Below the pieces are notes generated by a model. The model made no database searches, was not told the origin of the DNA, and was given only the letters and a program-made list of their open reading frames with translations. The translations under genes and the position numbers were made by a program. A stretch of 63,232 nucleotides of DNA from Candidatus Velthaea sp. (GTDB taxonomy: Bacteria > Vulcanimicrobiota > Vulcanimicrobiia > Vulcanimicrobiales > Vulcanimicrobiaceae). The stretch is from contig JBEKHC010000015.1 in the NCBI GenBank assembly GCA_050012475.1, positions 1 through 63,232 on the forward strand. The letters run 5' to 3'. This document shows, piece by piece, positions 55,491 to 63,232 of the stretch. Numbering within the stretch: position 1 is the stretch's first letter; each line of letters begins with the position of its first letter.

Positions 55491-56500
55491 TATGCGACGG
55501 CGCGTTCGGAGGGTGCTTCGAGCCGCGCGACGGTCTGCCGGACGATACCCAGCGTCTCGGCTGCGGTGAGCGTGCGCATCAAGCGCTCGCGCAATTCGCT
55601 CGCGCCGTAAAATCCTTTGAGGTAATACCCCAGATGCTTGCGCATTTGCGGTACGGCGCGCGCCTCGCCCCACTCGTCGATCATCGCTTGATAATGCGCG
55701 ATCGCGAAACGCAGGCGTTCGGCGGCCGGCGGATACGCCGCGGGCGTTTCCCCGCACATCAGCGCGCGCAGCGCCGAGACCAGCCATGGATTGCCGAGCG
55801 TCGCGCGCCCGAGCATCACCGCGTCGACGCCGCTTTCACGCATGCGCTCGAACGCGAGCTGCGCGTCGGTCAGATCGCCGTTCCCGATCACCGGGATGTC
55901 GAGCGCAGCTTTGAGTTCGGCGATTCGCTGCCAGTCGGCTGCACCGCGGTAGAACTGTTTGGCGGTGCGGGCGTGGAGCGTCACCGCCTGCACCCCGACG
56001 GCCTGCGCACGCTTTGCGACGTCGATGAAGACCAGATCGTCTTCGCTCCAGCCCAGCCGCATTTTCACCGTCACCGGGCAATCGACGGCGCGGACCACGG
56101 CGCGCATGATCGCTTCGCAGCGGTCGACGTCGCGCAGGCAGGCGCTGCCGCCTTCGGTTTTCGTTACCTTGGGCGCGGGACAGCCGAAATTGATGTCGAC
56201 GATGTCGGCGCCGCATTCACGCACGACGCGCGCGGCCTGGGCCATGACCGCGGGATCGTTGCCCCATAACTGGGTCGAGACCGGCTGCTCGAGCCCATGC
56301 TGGTCGATCATCTCCATGGTCCGGCGGCTGCCGACCTGGAGCGCATTGGACGATACGAATTCGGTGACGGTCAAGCCGAAACCAAAGGGCTTATAGAGGG
56401 CCCGCAGGGTGCGGTTCGTTACCCCTGACATCGGCGCCAGGACGATGGGAGGCCAAATTTCGTGCGGACCGATCCGCAGTGCGGGGACGACGCGGGCCAT
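55490..56500 (-). CDS. dusB: tRNA-dihydrouridine synthase DusB
   Basis: LAPMSGVT, DINFGCP..KV, VKMRLGW, LHART, IGNGD, GNPW. Confidence 0.93.
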   Translation of the reverse strand: MARVVPALRIGPHEIWPPIVLAPMSGVTNRTLRALYKPFGFGLTVTEFVSSNALQVGSRRTMEMIDQHGLEQPVSTQLWGNDPAVMAQAARVVRECGADIVDINFGCPAPKVTKTEGGSACLRDVDRCEAIMRAVVRAVDCPVTVKMRLGWSEDDLVFIDVAKRAQAVGVQAVTLHARTAKQFYRGAADWQRIAELKAALDIPVIGNGDLTDAQLAFERMRESGVDAVMLGRATLGNPWLVSALRALMCGETPAAYPPAAERLRFAIAHYQAMIDEWGEARAVPQMRKHLGYYLKGFYGASELRERLMRTLTAAETLGIVRQTVARLEAPSERAVA

Positions 56501-56697
56501 GACGATCAAGTATAGCGCGCTGGGGCAAGCCGGACCTCGGTTGCGGGCTCCGCGGGTCGCAAAAGGATGCTCCTTCAGCCGTTCTGAGCAACGATTCTTC
56601 ACCGAATTGCCAGCGGCATACCAGCGATTCGGACGAGTTCTCAGCCTGCTCCCAGCATCGCTGCCGATGGAGAGGGTGAAGGAGTACCACACCACCG

Positions 56698-57174
56698 ATG
56701 TCAGGAATTCAAAGCCTCTCCGTTTCCGCGACGCAATCGTATGCCAGCGTCGGAACGCAAAGCCAGCAATCGCTGCAGCCGTTTGCCAACCTCGATTTGA
56801 CCGCAGCCCAACGCACGCAACTGCGCTCGATCTTCGCCACGGCGAAGCAAAACGGCACCTCGCAAGCCGACGTCCAAAAGCAAGTCAATGCCGTGCTCAC
56901 GCCGGCCCAGCAACAGACGCTGGCCAGCGACCTCAAAGCCGGCGGCGGTCATTTCGGACACCACCATCATCACGACTCCGACGGTTCGTCCGCTTCGTCG
57001 ACGCCGTCATCGTCCGCCGCGAGCGCTTCGACCGCAGCGTCAGGGTCCTCATCCTCGACGATTCTGGATTTGGTCACCAACGTGCAAAACCAAGCCGCGG
57101 CGGCCCAATCGACGCTCGACAAGAATTTGCAGCAACAGGTCCTCTCGACCGACGGAGAGAGCACGACGTCGTGA
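56698..57174 (+). CDS. Ser/Gln-rich protein with two LTXXQ (Spy/CpxP-like) motifs and a poly-His tract, no Sec signal
   Basis: LDLTAAQ and VLTPAQQ motifs; HFGHHHHH; AAGGAG RBS. Confidence 0.75.
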   Translation: MSGIQSLSVSATQSYASVGTQSQQSLQPFANLDLTAAQRTQLRSIFATAKQNGTSQADVQKQVNAVLTPAQQQTLASDLKAGGGHFGHHHHHDSDGSSASSTPSSSAASASTAASGSSSSTILDLVTNVQNQAAAAQSTLDKNLQQQVLSTDGESTTS

Positions 57175-57244
57175 TCCGCGAACGCGGGAGCGGCGCAGGT
57201 CCGGCGTCCTCTCCGCACGCGGGCGCTGGCGGCGCCTCGCCCGC

Positions 57245-58720
57245 GTGCTGAACGGGACGCTTTCAACCCAGCAACTCGAAACGGCGGTCGCGAGCATCGA
57301 CGGCCGTTTGGCCGGCGGGCCGGCGCCGCTCGAGCTTCATATCGCCCGCGCCCAGTTCCTCGAAATGCTCGGCCGCAAAGACGAGGCCGTGCGGGCCTAC
57401 GTCGACGTGCTGCGCATCGAGCCGACCCAGGTCGACGCCCTCAACGCGCTGGGGCTGCTGTCGTTATCCGCCGGCAATCGCGACGCGGCCCGGACGCTGC
57501 TCTGCGGCGCGGTCTTGCACGGGCCCGAGCACGCCGCCGCACATGCCAACCTCGCGGGCCTGTACGTGCTCGACGCTCAGCTCAGCGGCGCCCGAACGTT
57601 GTACGAAGAGGCCCTGCGCCTCGACCCGCACCTCGCCGCCGCCCATCACGGGTTGGCCGAATTGCTGCCGCGGCTCGGCGACGACGAGGGCGCGGCACGT
57701 CACCACGCGCTTGGTTTGCGGTACGGTCCGATCACGATCGGGCGCTATACCGGAAACGGGCGGCCGATCCATATCCTCGGATTGGGAACGGCCGCATTCG
57801 GCAACGTTCCGACCTACGGCTTCTTCGACAGTGGCGTGTTCCTGTTGGCTTCGCTGGCCGTCGAGTATGTCGATCCCGCGATCCCGCTGCCGCCGCACGA
57901 CGTCGTCTTCAATGTCGTCGGCGAAGCCGACTTGTGCGCCGGCGTGCTCGCGACCGCAGCCGCGATCGTCGCGCGAACGGACGCGCCGATCGTCAATCAC
58001 CCCAGCGCCGTGCTGGCGACGAGCCGCGCCGCCAACGCGACCCGGCTGCGCCGGCTGGATGGCGTCGTCACGCCGCGCATCATTTCGTTCGCGCGCGATG
58101 CATTGACGGACGGATCGGCGCCAGCGCGCCTGCGCGAACACGGCTTGCGATTCCCGCTGCTGGTCCGCTCGCCCGGCTACCACACCGGGGATCATTTCGT
58201 CAAAGTCGATGCGGCAGACGATCTGCGTGAAGCCATCGCCGCATTGCCGGGCGACGAACTGCTCGTCATCGAGTATCTCGGGGTCCGCGACGCGGACGAG
58301 CGGTTCCGCAAATACCGCGTGATGATCGTCGACGGACAACTGTACCCGCTGCACCTCGCAATTTCGGGCGAGTGGAAAGTCCACTATTTCAGCGCCGACA
58401 TGGCCGAGCGCGCCGATCACCGCGCCCAAGATGCGGCATTTCTGACCGATATGAACGGCGTGCTCGGCGCGCGCGCGATCGCCGCACTCGAACGCGTCCG
58501 CGACACGCTCGAGCTCGACTACGGCGGAATCGACTTCGCGCTCGACCGCGCCGGCAACGTCGTCGTGTTCGAAGCGAACGCCTCGATGATCGTGCCGACA
58601 CCCGGCCCGGACGCGCGCTGGGACTATCGGCGCGGGCCGGTCGCGCGAATCCGGCGCGCCGTCCGCGCGATGCTCGTGCGCCGCGCAGCCGCATACATCC
58701 AGGGCAAGATCGTGCGTTAG
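57245..58720 (+). CDS. TPR-repeat protein with C-terminal ATP-grasp (RimK-like) domain
   Basis: TPRs (ALRLDP...A.H.LA); FPLLVR.PG.H.G, FRKYRV...G..YPLH.A, LDYGGIDF, FEAN. Confidence 0.85.
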   Translation: MLNGTLSTQQLETAVASIDGRLAGGPAPLELHIARAQFLEMLGRKDEAVRAYVDVLRIEPTQVDALNALGLLSLSAGNRDAARTLLCGAVLHGPEHAAAHANLAGLYVLDAQLSGARTLYEEALRLDPHLAAAHHGLAELLPRLGDDEGAARHHALGLRYGPITIGRYTGNGRPIHILGLGTAAFGNVPTYGFFDSGVFLLASLAVEYVDPAIPLPPHDVVFNVVGEADLCAGVLATAAAIVARTDAPIVNHPSAVLATSRAANATRLRRLDGVVTPRIISFARDALTDGSAPARLREHGLRFPLLVRSPGYHTGDHFVKVDAADDLREAIAALPGDELLVIEYLGVRDADERFRKYRVMIVDGQLYPLHLAISGEWKVHYFSADMAERADHRAQDAAFLTDMNGVLGARAIAALERVRDTLELDYGGIDFALDRAGNVVVFEANASMIVPTPGPDARWDYRRGPVARIRRAVRAMLVRRAAAYIQGKIVR

Positions 58721-58744
58721 CGCGCGGAAAACGCTGGGCGGCGA

Positions 58745-59131
58745 TCAGCGGGGAAACGATCGGATCCCGACCGCGGGGCCGAGGTCGTTGTTGTCCTCGA
58801 TCCGCAGCATCCGAATGTCACGCACGGCGGCAGTGAACCACGCAAGCTCGTGCGCCAAGCGCTGCGCTGCAAGAACGCAGGTGACGGCATCGATCCGGTC
58901 GGAGCCGAAATAGACGCTCCCTTGCGTCCACAAAAAGCCTTGATCGCGCAAAATCTTTCGGATCTCGAAATACGCGTTATTGGCCGAAGAGCCGGGGTAG
59001 GCATGCTTGAGCGCATCTTGGTCGAGATCGAAGCTGATCGCGTACATGCGTTTTCCAAAGGGCGGCGGCTCGAACGCGACGGCTGGTACTCCGTCGACGT
59101 CCGAGCTATTCGCCAACGCCGTCATTTCCAT
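58745..59131 (-). CDS. vapD: VapD family (Cas2-like) endoribonuclease; core begins MYAISFD at 59047
   Basis: MYAISFDL, NAY.EIR..L...GF...QGSVY, WF..AVRDIRMLRIED..D. Confidence 0.88.
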   Translation of the reverse strand: MEMTALANSSDVDGVPAVAFEPPPFGKRMYAISFDLDQDALKHAYPGSSANNAYFEIRKILRDQGFLWTQGSVYFGSDRIDAVTCVLAAQRLAHELAWFTAAVRDIRMLRIEDNNDLGPAVGIRSFPR

Positions 59132-59279
59132 CGCCAAGAGTGTACCACATCGAGCGCACCGGTCGATCGAAGCTTTCCAGCGCGAACCGCGTCAGCGAGA
59201 GTGTTTGCGGCCAATCACGCAGCACCAGAAGAAAACTAGCTAGAGCCCGCCGGACGTTGCGTGACGCGCGCCGCACAGG

Positions 59280-60077
59280 CTATGAAGCGCGGCCGTGTTC
59301 GTGGAGCGTTGCGCCGGTGATGAGTTTGATGACTTCGTCCATCGTCGTGTCGAGCGTTTTGACGGTGCCGGCGTGCGTGCCGTGACGCAACACGAAGATG
59401 CGGTCGGTGACATCGAACACTTGGGGCATGTTGTGGCTGATCAAGATCACTGCGGTGCCGCGATCGCGCACGCGCTTGATGAGTTCTTGCACGCCGCGCG
59501 ATTCCTTGACGCCTAGCGCGGCGGTGGGTTCGTCCATGATGACGATCTTGCGGCTCCACGCCACCGCACGCGCAACCGCGACGCTTTGGCGCTGCCCGCC
59601 CGAGAGCGTGCCGACGCGCTGACGCACCGACGGAATTCCGACGCGTAATTCGGCGATTTCCGCCGCGGCTCGGGTACGCATCTTCTTTTTCGTCAAGAGC
59701 TTCAAGAACCCGAGCGGGCCGGGTGCGCTCAACTCGCGGCCCAAAAAGAAGTTCTCTTCGACGTCCATGAGCGGGACGACGGCCAACTCCTGAAATACCG
59801 TCTCGATGCCCGCCCGGCGGGCATCGAGCGGTCCGCGAAAATGCACGGGCGCGCCTTCGACCTCGATCGATCCGGCGTCGGGAGCGATCGCTCCCGACAG
59901 GATCTTGATGAAGGTCGATTTGCCGGCACCGTTGTCGCCGACGATGCCGAGCACTTCGCCGGGATACAACTCGAAATCGATGCCGCCCAGCGCCCGGACG
60001 GCACCGTAGACTTTGCTGACCCCCGTCGCGCGCAGGATCGGCGCACGCGCGACCGGCGTCGCGACGGCATCGGTCAT
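59280..60077 (-). CDS. sugar ABC transporter ATP-binding protein
   Basis: GDNGAGKST, LSGGQRQ, MDEPTAALG, ISHN. Confidence 0.95.
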   Translation of the reverse strand: MTDAVATPVARAPILRATGVSKVYGAVRALGGIDFELYPGEVLGIVGDNGAGKSTFIKILSGAIAPDAGSIEVEGAPVHFRGPLDARRAGIETVFQELAVVPLMDVEENFFLGRELSAPGPLGFLKLLTKKKMRTRAAAEIAELRVGIPSVRQRVGTLSGGQRQSVAVARAVAWSRKIVIMDEPTAALGVKESRGVQELIKRVRDRGTAVILISHNMPQVFDVTDRIFVLRHGTHAGTVKTLDTTMDEVIKLITGATLHEHGRAS

Positions 60078-61111
60078 GACGGCGGGATCGGCGCTTCTTT
60101 GAACGCTGCCGCCATGCCGGCAGCTGTCTTGGACATGTCCCACTTCTTCTGATAGTCGGCGACGTTCGCCGTGGTAACGACCGGCAAGGCTTGCGGCACG
60201 AAGGCGGGATACGTTTTGCCCGTCAGCAGCCCGTGCAAGATCTGCACGGATTGATAGCCCCAGCCCCAATAATCTTGCCCCACCGACGCTTTGACCGTAC
60301 CGTCGACGATGAACGGCAGCTCTTGTTCGAGATAATCGAACGCGACGACTTGCAAGCCGGCCTTCGCGCGGGCTTTGAGCGTCGGCAGCGCTCCGGGGCT
60401 GCTGAACAGCGGCCACGCGCCGATCATGATGTAGCCGATGAGCGCCGGGTGGGCGCGCAACACGTTCTCGACCTGCGAGACGCCCAAGGCGACGTCTTCA
60501 TTGCAGAAGCTCGTGCCCGCGATCGTCAGATCTTTGGAAAGCACGGTCTTGACGCCGCGAATGCGGTCCTCCAAGTTCTGCGCCGACTGCAAACCGGACA
60601 GCAGCCAGATGTCGCCCTTCTTGCCCTTGAGCAAATCGTTGAGCAGTTTCGCTTGCAGCTGGCCGCCTTTGAAGCTGTCGACGCCGTAGAATACGGACCG
60701 TTTGCTTTGCGGGGAATCGGAGTCCCAGGTGATGACCTTGATGCCTTTGGCCACCGCGCGATCGATCGGCTGGACCAGCGTTTCCGACGAGTCGCAGCTG
60801 ATGCCGATCGCGTCGTAGCCGGCGGAGATGAGTCCGTCGACCGTCGCGACTTGCTGGGCGGCGTCCGACGTGGCCGGCCCGATGAATTTGAAGTCGACGT
60901 CACCGAGTTCGGCGGCCCGCGTCTGACCGCCGAAATCAGCCGACTTGAAGACCGGGTTGTTAAGCCCTTTGGGGACGATTGCGATCTTATATTTCTTGGC
61001 TTGCGCACGCGCGATGTTGATCGAACCGAACAATTGCGCTGCGGTGAGCGCGCCGGCGGCGGCCGTTCCGCGAACGAGGAGGTCGCGTCGCGATACCTTG
61101 CGATCGGTCAT
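60074..61111 (-). CDS. sugar ABC transporter substrate-binding protein (RbsB-like), Tat-exported
   Basis: SRRDLL twin-arginine signal; periplasmic binding protein type I motifs (VITWDSD, VVAFD, GQD...WGY). Confidence 0.92.
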   Translation of the reverse strand: MTDRKVSRRDLLVRGTAAAGALTAAQLFGSINIARAQAKKYKIAIVPKGLNNPVFKSADFGGQTRAAELGDVDFKFIGPATSDAAQQVATVDGLISAGYDAIGISCDSSETLVQPIDRAVAKGIKVITWDSDSPQSKRSVFYGVDSFKGGQLQAKLLNDLLKGKKGDIWLLSGLQSAQNLEDRIRGVKTVLSKDLTIAGTSFCNEDVALGVSQVENVLRAHPALIGYIMIGAWPLFSSPGALPTLKARAKAGLQVVAFDYLEQELPFIVDGTVKASVGQDYWGWGYQSVQILHGLLTGKTYPAFVPQALPVVTTANVADYQKKWDMSKTAAGMAAAFKEAPIPPS

Positions 61112-61175
61112 GCTTGTCTTTCCTCACGGTAATGAATACGGCGCTTGAACGCCGAAAGTGGTGTATGAGTTCTGG

Positions 61176-62195
61176 TCAAACACGGCGCAGCCGGCGCCGT
61201 AACTGGTCGAAGCTAACGGTGATGAGAATGACGGCGCCGATGATGAGATCCTGCCAGTATTCGCCCCAACCAAGAATGTCGAGACTATTGCGAATGAGCG
61301 CCAGCAGCGCCGCGCCGACGAGCACGCCGACCATCGTCCCTTCACCGCCGGTCAAACTCGCGCCGCCGATGACGGCGGCGGCAATGCAGATCAATTCATA
61401 TCCTAACGCGTTGCTGGGCGTCGCCGAACCCAGCCGTGCGGCGAGCACGATGCCGCCGATCGCACCGAGAATTGCCGCGGCGATGTACATCGTCCATTTC
61501 ACCCGGTGCACGTTGATACCGCACAAGCGCGCTGCGCTTTCGCCGCCGCCCACGGCGTAGATGTGCCGGCCCCACGCCGTGTTGTTCATCAAAAACGCCG
61601 TCGCCGCCGTCAACACGAACAGGATGACCGCCGAGATCGGAACCGGTCCCCAATAGCCCTGTCCGATCACGGTGAAGCCGTTGGCCGCGTTGACGGTTTG
61701 ACCGCTCACGATACCGGTGCCCAAACCGCGAAAAACGCTCATCGTTCCGAGCGTCGCGATGAACGGAATCAAGCCGATCCCGGTGATGAGCGTTGCGTTG
61801 AGCACGCCGGCCAGAATGCCGACTCCCAGGCCCGCGGCGATCGCCAGCGGAATCGGCCAGCCCGACGAGATCGCAAGCGCCGTGAGCAAGCCGGTCAGTG
61901 CCATGTTCGCGCCGACCGACAGATCGATGCCGCCGCCGATGATGACGATCGCTGAGCCCAGTGCGGCCATGGCGATGTACGAAAAATCGAGCGCGACCGA
62001 CGACAGGTTGTCGGGCGAGAGAAAGATCGGGCCGGTCTTGATCGTCATGAAGATCGCCAGCAGCACGAGGACGCCGAGTACGCCGACCCACGGGACGGCG
62101 ATGATTTCGGCAAGCCGCGACGGCGGCCGCAACGGTGCTGCCGGGGAATCGGTTTCCGGCTCAGCTGCGTCAGTTGCGGTGACAACTTGCCTCAT
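61176..62195 (-). CDS. sugar ABC transporter permease (RbsC-like)
   Basis: GGIDLSVG, PFIATLG, GR.IYAVGG.E.AARL.GI, YEL..IAA.VIGG.SL.GG.G. Confidence 0.95.
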   Translation of the reverse strand: MRQVVTATDAAEPETDSPAAPLRPPSRLAEIIAVPWVGVLGVLVLLAIFMTIKTGPIFLSPDNLSSVALDFSYIAMAALGSAIVIIGGGIDLSVGANMALTGLLTALAISSGWPIPLAIAAGLGVGILAGVLNATLITGIGLIPFIATLGTMSVFRGLGTGIVSGQTVNAANGFTVIGQGYWGPVPISAVILFVLTAATAFLMNNTAWGRHIYAVGGGESAARLCGINVHRVKWTMYIAAAILGAIGGIVLAARLGSATPSNALGYELICIAAAVIGGASLTGGEGTMVGVLVGAALLALIRNSLDILGWGEYWQDLIIGAVILITVSFDQLRRRLRRV

Positions 62196-62361
62196 GGGCC
62201 GAGTTGATTGTCTTCGGGTCGCTCATTCGCCTGCGCTCATCCGCGCCCGCAATGAGCGTCGGCGTCACGCGACCTGCTCGGCGCGAAAACGTCGCCGGCG
62301 CGCTCGTCATCTAAGGCTTCAACGAACCGCTCGTCGCAGGTTGCCGCAAAGCAATGCGGGT

Positions 62362-63183
62362 TTACGCGGGGTGTCGTTGGTGAGCAGCGGCGACGGCCGC
62401 GTGCGCCGTCTTTGCGGCCAGCGTCGACTCGAAGTGCAGGCGCAGTCCCTCGTGGACGAGATTGGGGTGGACGCGTTCGATCGTGCGGGTCTCGCGCGCG
62501 ACGACGTCGGCGAGACCGCCGGTGGCGATGACGCCGACGTTGCCGCCGATCTCAGCCTGCAGCCGCGCGACGATGCCTTCGGTTTGCGCCACCGCCCCGT
62601 ACATGATGCCCGATTGCAGTGCCGCGACCGTATCGCGGCCGATCGCCGACGGCGGCGCGGCGAGCGCGATTTGCGGCAGTTTCGCGGTGCGCGTGGCCAA
62701 GGCGTCGATCGAGATTTGAATGCCCGGGGCAATCGCGACGCCCAGCAGCGAGCCATCGCTCCCGATCGCGGTGTAGGTCGTTGCGGTGCCGAAATTGACG
62801 ACCACGAGCGGGAAGCCGGCGACTGAAATCGCGCCGATCGCCCCCGCCGCAAGATCCGCTCCAAGCTCGTGCGGACGATCGGTCCGCAGCTTCAACAGGG
62901 TCTGCGTGCCAGCCGTGAACGGCAGCGGCTCGCGGCCGAAATAGGCGCGACAGCCTTCGTAGAGCGCCCAATCGACTTGCGGCACGACGCTCGCGATGAC
63001 GATCGCCTCGACATCGGCGAGATCCAGCCGGGCGGATGCGAAGAACGCTTGAAACAGCACGCCGTATTCGTCCGACGTGCGGCGCTGAGCGGTGGTGAGC
63101 CGCCAATGCCCCATGAGGCCGCCGGACAGATCGAAATAGCCAAGCTTGGTGTCGGTGTTGCCGACATCGATCGTAACGAGCAT
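62362..63183 (-). CDS. coaX: type III pantothenate kinase
   Basis: IDVGNT, ASVVP, LGAD, FGTATT, TGGLA, EGL. Confidence 0.95.
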   Translation of the reverse strand: MLVTIDVGNTDTKLGYFDLSGGLMGHWRLTTAQRRTSDEYGVLFQAFFASARLDLADVEAIVIASVVPQVDWALYEGCRAYFGREPLPFTAGTQTLLKLRTDRPHELGADLAAGAIGAISVAGFPLVVVNFGTATTYTAIGSDGSLLGVAIAPGIQISIDALATRTAKLPQIALAAPPSAIGRDTVAALQSGIMYGAVAQTEGIVARLQAEIGGNVGVIATGGLADVVARETRTIERVHPNLVHEGLRLHFESTLAAKTAHAAVAAAHQRHPA

Positions 63184-63187
63184 CAGT

Positions 63188-63232
63188 TCAGCCCGGCTTC
63201 GTCCGCAACGCCGCGAGCGCATCCCAAAACCG
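63188..63232 (-). CDS. 3' end of an upstream gene running off the window (possibly coaBC)
   Basis: Open frame RFWDALAALRTKPG* ending just before coaX; identity guessed from context only. Confidence 0.3.
   Translation of the reverse strand, partial: RFWDALAALRTKPG

Noticed and set aside
58700..59280. CRISPR-Cas locus suggested by the Cas2-like VapD
   Set aside because: No direct-repeat/spacer array or other cas genes were seen in the window.
48880..62195. AKR-pfkB-transaldolase operon and the sugar ABC transporter as a novel pathway
   Set aside because: These are ordinary carbohydrate uptake and catabolism genes, and the substrate cannot be inferred from sequence.

Overview
GC-rich bacterial chromosome segment with no rRNA, tRNA, CRISPR array or transposase visible. 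The gene content suggests a diderm terrabacterium such as Eremiobacterota/Vulcanimicrobiota, but this is inference only. Main blocks: (1) 3.4-21.2 kb, a minus-strand flagellar-type type III export cluster in Bacillus fla/che order (flgB-flgC-fliE-fliF::fliG(M)-fliH-fliI-slt-aspartyl protease-fliK-flgG/E-fliM-fliN-fliP...fliQ-fliR-flhB-flhA). Its export gate and ATPase are intact, but the rotor, switch and axial parts are truncated or degenerate, and it is interrupted by metF and a heme oxygenase/bacteriophytochrome-diguanylate cyclase pair. (2) A GAF-PAS adenylate cyclase, rplM-rpsI, a Crp-family regulator divergent from a photoactive yellow protein, truA, lysS and greA with a long structured leader. 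(3) 29.8-39.2 kb, a four-gene DUF11/Ig-fold cluster with a large predicted outer-membrane barrel; the termini of these proteins suggest a donor-strand-complemented pilus with a malectin tip. (4) APC permeases, a split acyl-ACP-reductase/transaminase/SRPBCC set (possible fatty-amine pathway), sugar catabolism genes, a phosphoesterase, dusB, an LTXXQ protein with a TPR-ATP-grasp neighbour, an orphan vapD, a sugar ABC transporter and coaX. Start codons were adjusted by eye from the ORF track. Family calls come from remembered motifs, not database searches.
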